Position numbers and translations under genes: made by a program
Part shown: one piece after another, positions 1 through 7,140 of the stretch
Position numbering within the stretch: the stretch's first letter is position 1
Layout: the number at the start of each line of letters is the position of its first letter
The notes under the pieces: model-generated
Databases searched by the model: none
The model's input: the letters and a program-made list of their open reading frames with translations, nothing else
Told to the model about the DNA's origin: nothing
From: Histomonas meleagridis 2922-C6/04-290x
Lineage: Eukaryota; Protista; Parabasalia
Direction: 5' to 3'
Assembly: GCA_020184695.1 (NCBI GenBank)
Contig: JAANOX010000017.1
Coordinates: 124,001 to 188,000 of the forward strand
DNA: 64,000 bases

Positions 1-1489
1 GCAAATTCGAATTATCACTTTCAATATTTAATAATGGACTAAATATAACACGTGATAATAATGGAAGTAAATGTATTGAGTTATCTTCATTAATTAATTT
101 AACTAATTCAAATAATTTTTGTGTTTTATCGATTTTATAATTCCCATCACGAATCGAGATTGCATGTAAAAGATCAGGAAAATCAATAAATGAAAGATTA
201 TATAGTTTTGGAATTATATTTCTTAAATCTTGATAAGGATCAAGTATTAAATCAACTAAACGTGTAGCTGAAATTTGTTTGATATCTATCGGTTGATCAT
301 CAGATATAATAATTTCAAGTAAAGATTCTGCAATTGTATTAGAAGAGAATTGTGTTGATGATTTTAATTTGTTTAAAAATGTTTCTACATAAAAATCTTT
401 TTGAGGTTGGTTAAATACATTTAATTGGAAATCAAATTGAAATATATCGGAAAGAATTGTTTTCGCTTCATCACGAACCCATTGTTCTTTGTGATACATG
501 AAACGTAACCATGAGCAAACAAGTGTAAAATCATCAGAAGCATCGATAACGTCTGTAATTGATTGGAAAAGTGCTGAATTTTTAGACATTGGAATACATT
601 GAAGATGGGCAATTTGTCGATTTGTGAGATGTACAGCTGTAAGAGATGGAAATTGTGACGCAACAAGCTCAAGTGCAATGTTTTTAACAGCAGGATCAAA
701 AAGTCCCGCACAAAGAAGAGGATCAAGAAAATCTAAAATGTTGAGATTATGTTCAAGAGCATATGTGTAGAATGATTTCCGAACTGATTCACATGGATGT
801 GATGCAAAAACAATACTAGATTCGCGATTAACTATTTTGGAAAAGTCGCAAAATTCAATTAGATTACGATCAACAGGTAACTCACCATTGTTGATTGAGT
901 TGATTTGTGACGTTATGGACATTACTGTTTTGATCTCTTTACGCGTTTCATCTGTCGAAATTTTTGATAATTTTTGATGTAATAAAGGATGTTGAAGTGC
1001 AAGAATTGGATCAAGAAGAGGAAGACCAACAACTTCAAAATCAGCCATTGATATCAATTCTAGAAGTGGTATTTTCATTGGTATAACATGAAGATAATTC
1101 ATTGCAGCATTGACAATAGTTTTTGTTGCTGGAATTCCAGAAACTTTAAGAAGATCAATACAAAGTGCACATGAAAGAGGCAAAAGATCAGGAATTTTAA
1201 AAAATGGTAAAATTTTTTCTGCTAAAGATAAACATGTTGGTGAAATAAATTTTTGAATTTCTATTGCGCTTCCAAACTTAAGACGAGAATCTTCCTCAAG
1301 TTTTAGACGTACGAACATTTTTCGGCACCATGCTCTTAGAACCATAAATAAATGGAAAATTGGTATTACTTCTCCTTGTCGTATTGTATTAAAAATTCGT
1401 TCCATAATTACCTTATCTTGAAGAATAATTTCTGGCATTGAATCTTCTAGAAATTCTGCAAGCTTTGCATAAAAATCAACATCATTCAT
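1..1489 (-). CDS. Long helical hypothetical protein, 3' end runs off the window (absent from the ORF track)
   Basis: Manual translation is open from ATG at 1489 (MNDVDFYAKLAEFLEDSMPEIILQ...) to position 1, about 496 codons with no stop. Divergent from RPL13a. Confidence 0.8.
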   Translation of the reverse strand, partial: MNDVDFYAKLAEFLEDSMPEIILQDKVIMERIFNTIRQGEVIPIFHLFMVLRAWCRKMFVRLKLEEDSRLKFGSAIEIQKFISPTCLSLAEKILPFFKIPDLLPLSCALCIDLLKVSGIPATKTIVNAAMNYLHVIPMKIPLLELISMADFEVVGLPLLDPILALQHPLLHQKLSKISTDETRKEIKTVMSITSQINSINNGELPVDRNLIEFCDFSKIVNRESSIVFASHPCESVRKSFYTYALEHNLNILDFLDPLLCAGLFDPAVKNIALELVASQFPSLTAVHLTNRQIAHLQCIPMSKNSALFQSITDVIDASDDFTLVCSWLRFMYHKEQWVRDEAKTILSDIFQFDFQLNVFNQPQKDFYVETFLNKLKSSTQFSSNTIAESLLEIIISDDQPIDIKQISATRLVDLILDPYQDLRNIIPKLYNLSFIDFPDLLHAISIRDGNYKIDKTQKLFELVKLINEDNSIHLLPLLSRVIFSPLLNIESDNSNL

Positions 1490-1565
1490 TATTCCATATT
1501 TCTAAACGTACATATGAATAAACGTTTTTTTACAATTCAAAAATAACCGTTTTTACAGCGGTTTT

Positions 1566-1576
1566 GGCCGACCTTT
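1566..1576 (+). promoter_or_regulatory. Ribosomal-protein promoter motif GGCCGACCTTT (contains M5-like CCTTT), preceded by CGGTTT
   Basis: 6 nt upstream of the RPL13a ATG. Identical 11-mer upstream of RPL34 and a variant upstream of RPS13. Confidence 0.55.
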
Positions 1577-1582
1577 TTTGCG

Positions 1583-2179
1583 ATGTCAATAGTTATTGAT
1601 GGTAAAGGTCATGTCTCTGGACGCTTAGCAGGTGTTATTGCCAAGCAATTACTCAATGGAAGGAAAATCGTTGTTGTTCGTGCCGAAAGTATCGTTACAA
1701 CTGGTGACCATCGCTTCAATTATCACAAGTATCGCCGTTTCTTAAGAAAGACAACAAACTCCAACCCACGTCACGGTCCTTTCCATGAACGCGCACCAGC
1801 TGAAATCTTCGCTCGTACAGTTCGTGGAATGGTTAACTATAAGACAGCTCGCGGTGCTGCTGCTTTCGCTAGACTTAAGGTTTACGAAGGCATCCCAGAG
1901 AAGTACGAAGGAGTCAAGAAACTTGTTGTTCCAACTGCTCTTCGTGTTGTCGCAATTCGTACTGATCGCCCAGTTACAACCCTCGGAAAGATCTCAACAA
2001 CATTCGGATGGAAGTATGGTCATGTTGTCAAAGCTCTTGAAGAAAAGAGAATTGCAAAGGCAGCTGAATTACACGAAGCCAAGAAAGCTGAAAAGGAAAA
2101 GAAGCAACGTGCAATTGCCGCTGCTAACAAGCAATTAGGCGCTGCAGCTGTTAAGTTCCTCGAAACATACGTCGAGTAA
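1583..2179 (+). CDS. RPL13A: 60S ribosomal protein L13a (uL13)
   Basis: IDGKGHVSGRLA...NPRHGPFHERAPAEIFARTVRGM...RLKVYEGIP signature. Confidence 0.97.
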   Translation: MSIVIDGKGHVSGRLAGVIAKQLLNGRKIVVVRAESIVTTGDHRFNYHKYRRFLRKTTNSNPRHGPFHERAPAEIFARTVRGMVNYKTARGAAAFARLKVYEGIPEKYEGVKKLVVPTALRVVAIRTDRPVTTLGKISTTFGWKYGHVVKALEEKRIAKAAELHEAKKAEKEKKQRAIAAANKQLGAAAVKFLETYVE

Positions 2180-2553
2180 ACATTTTGCTTTTTGAAAACG
2201 ATCATTTTTTATTCAAATAAATTTAGTAAAAGATTTCATACAAAAGAAACAACTCATTACAGATGACAAAATCCTTCATTTTCGTTCATTGTGAATTGTT
2301 TAAGAATAAGGATTTATTGTTTTAAGCCAAAGATTTTGAAAATAGGGCTTTTAATACTGTATTGAGCATTAATCAGAAAATTTTATCATTTACAAATTTA
2401 TCTTAACTTATAACATGACCACGTCATTTGTACAAATATCCTTTCTAGACAAAAATTTGAAATTTAAATTTAAATAATCAAATTAATAAAAAATATCCTG
2501 ATTTTGAAATAAGAAATGCGTTTATAAACTAATATGCACTTTGGAAATTATTT

Positions 2554-2835
2554 TCACTCCGGAACGCCATCAGGCACTGTCAATCCCATTACAGTCATAT
2601 CAGTGTAAAATGCGTGATAAATGGTTGTCCAAGAACCTAAAATAAACATTGCAACCCAGAATAAAATGATGCATTTTTTGCTAAGTTTCTTAAGAAATTC
2701 ACTTTCATGACTTCTTTTATTTGCATAAACCCAGCACATTAGCCAAGCTAAAGGCATCAATCCGAACCCTACATAATACATAATTTTTGCGTTTTTTTCA
2801 TATTTATCTAGAGGTTCTTTGCGATTTGGATCCAT
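2554..2835 (-). CDS. PEN2: Presenilin enhancer 2 (gamma-secretase subunit)-like
   Basis: 93 aa, YYVGFGLMPLAWLMCW, second TM ending SWTTIY, C-terminal GLTVPDG; matches the PEN-2 layout. Confidence 0.7.
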   Translation of the reverse strand: MDPNRKEPLDKYEKNAKIMYYVGFGLMPLAWLMCWVYANKRSHESEFLKKLSKKCIILFWVAMFILGSWTTIYHAFYTDMTVMGLTVPDGVPE

Positions 2836-2911
2836 TTTATGCGGGGGTTTTCACAGACTCTGTTTGATTTTCGATTTATTTTGTTTTGAATCAGAATTCG
2901 ACCATTTAAAG

Positions 2912-3409
2912 ATGATGAGGGATGCACAGAGAATTCTTAGGGAACTGAAGAAAGCAAAAAGAGAGAACAACGATGAAATCTTTTTAAAAACAAAGACCGA
3001 TAATTTTCGTGAATGGTTTGCAATGATTAAAGCTCCTGATGGCACTCCATTTGAAGGACATTACTTCGAACTTCAAATCGATATACCAGAAAGTTACCCA
3101 ATAGAACCACCTAGAGCTAAATTTATCACTCCTATTTTCCATCCAAACATAAAATTTAAGAATGGTGAAATTTGTTTGGATATCTTAAAAACAGAATGGA
3201 CTCCAGCGTGGGGTATTCAAACTATGTGTACAGCAATTCAACTCCTTATGGGTGAGCCTGTTCCAGATAGTCCACTTAATACTTTGGCAGGAAATCTACT
3301 CAGATTAGGAGATAATGTTGGATATTATTCAATGGGTTCAATGTATGCAAGAAGGTATGCTCCTACAAAAAATATCTTTCTTGAAGAAGCAAATAATTCG
3401 GAATCATAA
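2912..3409 (+). CDS. Ubiquitin-conjugating enzyme E2, PEX4-like (likely start ATG 2912)
   Basis: FHPNI...GEICLDILK active site; C-terminal PDSPLNTLAGNLLRLGD resembles plant PEX4 PDSPLNCDSGNLLRSGD. Confidence 0.85.
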   Translation: MMRDAQRILRELKKAKRENNDEIFLKTKTDNFREWFAMIKAPDGTPFEGHYFELQIDIPESYPIEPPRAKFITPIFHPNIKFKNGEICLDILKTEWTPAWGIQTMCTAIQLLMGEPVPDSPLNTLAGNLLRLGDNVGYYSMGSMYARRYAPTKNIFLEEANNSES

Positions 3410-3522
3410 GAAATGATTTTTTTTAGAAACTCATTTTCATAACGATACAAGTAAATAATTCATTTTTCGAACAGACTTAGTGAAAATTGTGATATTTTGT
3501 TTAAGAAATTATATTATGAGTT

Positions 3523-3894
3523 TTACTTGCCCTTCTTTCCTTTGTTCTCAGCAGCAGCTTTCTTTTCTGCAGCAGCCTTCCTTTCAGCAGCTGCTCTAGC
3601 TTCTTCTTCCATGAATGCATTGATAATTCTTTCTTTAACAACAGATGCACAATAAACGCCTCCATATGGACGGGAAACTGTGCGCTTGTGCTTTGGTAAT
3701 CTGGCGAGCTTCTTTGTTGGTAAGTGTTTGATACCTGGGAGTGGTTTTCCGGTTTCACCACAGATCATGCCCTTCACTCTCTTTTTGATATAGTGGGCGA
3801 CAAGCCTGTTTCCTGGTGTACGAACTGGAACAACACGGTTGCGGAGTGTATGGTAAGGATTGCTGCGACGTAATGTGTATCTGTTATCACCCAT
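3523..3894 (-). CDS. RPL34: 60S ribosomal protein L34 (eL34)
   Basis: RTPGNRLV, LPGI, RTVSRPYGGVYCASVVKERII. Confidence 0.96.
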   Translation of the reverse strand: MGDNRYTLRRSNPYHTLRNRVVPVRTPGNRLVAHYIKKRVKGMICGETGKPLPGIKHLPTKKLARLPKHKRTVSRPYGGVYCASVVKERIINAFMEEEARAAAERKAAAEKKAAAENKGKKGK

Positions 3895-3898
3895 TCCA

Positions 3899-3909
3899 AA
3901 AGGTCGGCC
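3899..3909 (-). promoter_or_regulatory. GGCCGACCTTT motif upstream of RPL34
   Basis: Identical to the motif upstream of RPL13a, 4 nt from the ATG. Confidence 0.55.
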
Positions 3910-4461
3910 AAAACATCAAACCGAAAAAACCTTAAAATATATTCAATTTTTAAATAGTTTACATGCTTTCTGGATGTTGGAGAAAGAAAGCATCAAAAAA
4001 TGAAAACCATTTCTTTTGAATTATTTTATTATTTTGTTTGCTAGCTATATATATTGAAAACAATGTTGGTTGAAGAAAATATGATTTTACATTGGTTTAC
4101 AAAATTTTTTGATGAACATTCAATGTAATCCTGCTTTTTAATTATGTTTTTCTTTTCTTCTCCTTGTGCTGTTGATGTAGCAGTGGTATCTTCTGGAGAT
4201 TCTTGATGTATATATCATTTCGAAGATGAAAAAATCGGAGCAGGATTTGTACATCAAGCTTCAATTTTTCTAATTTCAATACATGATTCAATATTTTCTA
4301 TGAAGTCTCACAATCCCCAAATTTCAATTGGATGTCAACCACAAAACGATCAATGTCACTTTTTTGAACTCCACATAATATTGAACCACAAATTCTTCTT
4401 TTAAAAATCAATGTATTATTCAAAATATCTCTGAATTCACAGCGATAGAAGAACAGAATTT

Positions 4462-5364
4462 GTGCAAAAAGAAATAATGGCTATACTTCATTGTCTGCAT
4501 ATACATGATAAAAAATGGGAATGGGGATATTATTTTTTGATTGGGCTATACTTTATTTGTTTTCTTTATGGCTTAATTCCTCTGATAAGACATCGAAAAG
4601 AATTTCTAAATCTACCAAAATTAAACATTGCGACTAGAATTACATTCACCGTTGTTCTGTTTATCAAATTTGCTTTTGATTTATGTTCAATTTTTATTAG
4701 TCAAGAGGATTATTCACCTCGAAGCCTTACTATTTTCGGTCTTATATTTCTCGAACTTCCAGCACATTTTGTTTCCACGTCATACACTCTTGTTCTTGTA
4801 TTTTGGTTATCGATATGTCATCAAATTCTTCCGACACAATATTTCAAAATCTTTCGAAACATGAAAATTGTTTTGATCATATACAATGTTATCTTTTATC
4901 TTCTTTATGTCTCAGGCGTTGTTATCCAAATAAATCCAAAAGATTATTTTCATTCACATTTTGCTTTTGCGTGGAGTGGAATTGTAGCTATTTCGCGTGA
5001 TGTAATTTTAGCCATCATTTTTGTGATCTTTATAATTTTCTTTAAGGCCGGTCTTCGAAATGATCCATTTGCCGAAGAAACACAAGATGAGAAAAAATTA
5101 CTTGTGTACACCATTATCCTTTCGATCTTTCTTCTTTGTCGTGGTACGATTACTCTTGTACAAGGAATAGCGTTTAATATACCGCGCGATTGCGTTGCCG
5201 GGATGTTTACGATTTTCATAATCAGCGAAATTTTGTTCGAGGCGCTTCCCCTTACGTTCTTCTTATACTCGAACAATGGGTATCTTATGCAACAGAACAA
5301 TTCAAGAAGAAACTCCGAATTACTTAATCCATCCAGATTGATTAGCTCATTTAGTAGCACATAA
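4462..5364 (+). CDS. Seven-TM membrane protein (TOM1/THH1 or GPCR-like)
   Basis: About 7 hydrophobic segments, ELPAHFVSTSYTLVLVFW, SEILFEALP; likely start ATG near 4477. Confidence 0.55.
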   Translation: MQKEIMAILHCLHIHDKKWEWGYYFLIGLYFICFLYGLIPLIRHRKEFLNLPKLNIATRITFTVVLFIKFAFDLCSIFISQEDYSPRSLTIFGLIFLELPAHFVSTSYTLVLVFWLSICHQILPTQYFKIFRNMKIVLIIYNVIFYLLYVSGVVIQINPKDYFHSHFAFAWSGIVAISRDVILAIIFVIFIIFFKAGLRNDPFAEETQDEKKLLVYTIILSIFLLCRGTITLVQGIAFNIPRDCVAGMFTIFIISEILFEALPLTFFLYSNNGYLMQQNNSRRNSELLNPSRLISSFSST

Positions 5365-5385
5365 AAAACAAAAATTGTTTATAAA

Positions 5386-5736
5386 TCACACTTTCTTACT
5401 GACGGGTTTTGGTTTTGAATGTTCTTTCTTAACACTACGTGGTGCTGTACGACGTATCGGTTTAGATTCAGCATTTTTGGTTGATGCTTTAGAATCAATT
5501 GGTTTGGTTTGAACTGGATTCTTGGATAAATATTCAGCTGCTCGTTGTGTATCACCTCCAAAATCAGTAATAAGCATTTTAAGAGGCATTTTTCTGACTG
5601 ATTCAGGGATTGCAAGAAGTGTAAGTTCAAGTGATGATTGTAAATTGGCGCATATGTTTTCCGCATTAGCACGGATAAGCTCACATCTACTTGCAACTTC
5701 TTTGTCGAAGTCTGCGAGAAGAGTTTCTTGGTCCAT
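5386..5736 (-). CDS. Borealin/Nbl1 N-terminal domain protein
   Basis: LADFDKEVASRCELIR...LAIPESVRKMPLK resembles the Borealin N-terminal helix. Confidence 0.6.
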   Translation of the reverse strand: MDQETLLADFDKEVASRCELIRANAENICANLQSSLELTLLAIPESVRKMPLKMLITDFGGDTQRAAEYLSKNPVQTKPIDSKASTKNAESKPIRRTAPRSVKKEHSKPKPVSKKV

Positions 5737-5897
5737 TTAAAATCTAAACGGAAAAAATAAAAAGTGCCAAACAAGTGTATTTTCTTTTGCAAAATGGTGT
5801 ACACCATTTAAATTAAGTTACCGATTATAACAATTCCACTTTTTGTTGTATTTACATTGTTTTGAAAACAATTTGATCCAGAAGTTGAAACATTACA

Positions 5898-6776
5898 ATG
5901 CAAAAGACCGAAAATAATAGTCCACATGATGAAAAACCAAAGTGGCCAAAGCCAAAAGTTGGTGGCAATCTTAGACATAAATTCTCAAAACAAGAAGATG
6001 AAACATTAAAAAGAATTGTTCAACAACATGGAGAAGGAAACTGGTCAGTAATTGCCTCTTGCATGAAAAATAGAACTGCACGTCAATGTCGTGAAAGGTA
6101 CAAAAACTATCTTTCTCCAAATATAAAAAACGATCCATGGACACAAGAAGAGGAAATTCTTCTCGAAAAAAAGTATGCTGAGTTGGGCCCCAGGTGGGCA
6201 AAGATCGCTCTCTTTTTCGAAAGTCGTTCCGATGTAAATGTAAAAAATCATTGGACAGCAATGATGAACAGACAAAGCCGCGAAAAGCTTCTTAATCAAG
6301 AGCGAATGGATGTTAGACAAAAATATGAATCGCCACTTGTTCCTATGATTCCATTATATCCAGCCAATGCAATGATAGCGATTCCACATGCAACAATATA
6401 CCACCAAGTACCAATGCAACAAATCCAAACCATTCCCATTAACACATATGGCCAAATGGCGCCAATTGGAATTCCACATACGTTATATCAATATCCACCA
6501 AATATGTTTCCACAAAACGCTGTTCAACCTACCATGCAGCCGCCCATTAGCCAATACAATGGAGTCAATGTTGGAACAAATTCTATTAATTTTCAGCCAA
6601 ATCAAAACCATTTAAATTACATTGACTCTTCAATCCAAACAGAAAATCCAATAAAAACTGAGGAGATACAAATAAAGGATGAATTGCAAGATAGCAGTGA
6701 TGGAATCAGTGATATTGATCCTTCATTTAAATATGATACATCTTTTGACGCTTCGTTTGACTTGTTTGATTTTTAG
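5898..6776 (+). CDS. R2R3 Myb transcription factor
   Basis: KFSKQEDETL...W..IA..M.NRTARQCRERY.NYL...WTQEEE..L......GPRWAKIA. Confidence 0.95.
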   Translation: MQKTENNSPHDEKPKWPKPKVGGNLRHKFSKQEDETLKRIVQQHGEGNWSVIASCMKNRTARQCRERYKNYLSPNIKNDPWTQEEEILLEKKYAELGPRWAKIALFFESRSDVNVKNHWTAMMNRQSREKLLNQERMDVRQKYESPLVPMIPLYPANAMIAIPHATIYHQVPMQQIQTIPINTYGQMAPIGIPHTLYQYPPNMFPQNAVQPTMQPPISQYNGVNVGTNSINFQPNQNHLNYIDSSIQTENPIKTEEIQIKDELQDSSDGISDIDPSFKYDTSFDASFDLFDF

Positions 6777-6962
6777 TTCAGATTTTTTTGTTGTAAAAAA
6801 TTTTTAATATAGCAAAAATCTTTCACTGCAATGGTCTTTAACAAAAATGAATTGTTTAATAAAGCTTGTTTCCATGTGGTTGAACTTTATATTTTGTTTT
6901 ACTGATCAAAATGTTTTTTATATTATTGAAAATCAAAAGAAGATTCAAAAAACAAATAAAAA

Positions 6963-7036
6963 AGCCACCGGCGGGACTCGAACCCGCAACCCCAAGATTA
7001 AGAGTCTTATGCTCTAGCCGATTGAGCTACGATGGC
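6963..7036 (-). tRNA. tRNA-Lys(CTT)
   Basis: Reverse complement folds as a cloverleaf: GCCATCG/CGGTGGC acceptor stem, TAAGA-CT-CTT-AA-TCTTG anticodon arm, GGTTCGAGTCC T arm. Confidence 0.95.
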
Positions 7037-7140
7037 ATCCGTATATGCAAAATATATATAATATTTATTAATTCAAAATGATTAACGATTTTTTAAGTTG
7101 AGGCAGCTATAAAATTTGGATAATTTTCACTGGTATTACA

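Noticed and set aside
421-726. ORF-track 101-aa ORF and other short overlapping or antisense ORFs (e.g. 1785-2138, 4950-5360, 17597-18052, 58311-59750 set)
   Set aside because: Shadow frames of longer, recognisable genes with no independent coding signal.
1506-1511. GTACGT after an upstream ATG as a spliceosomal intron in the minus-strand gene
   Set aside because: No matching branch point/3' splice motif found downstream.
4060-4400. Possible degraded minus-strand coding fragment
   Set aside because: Interrupted by stops, with no recognisable homology; cannot be supported.
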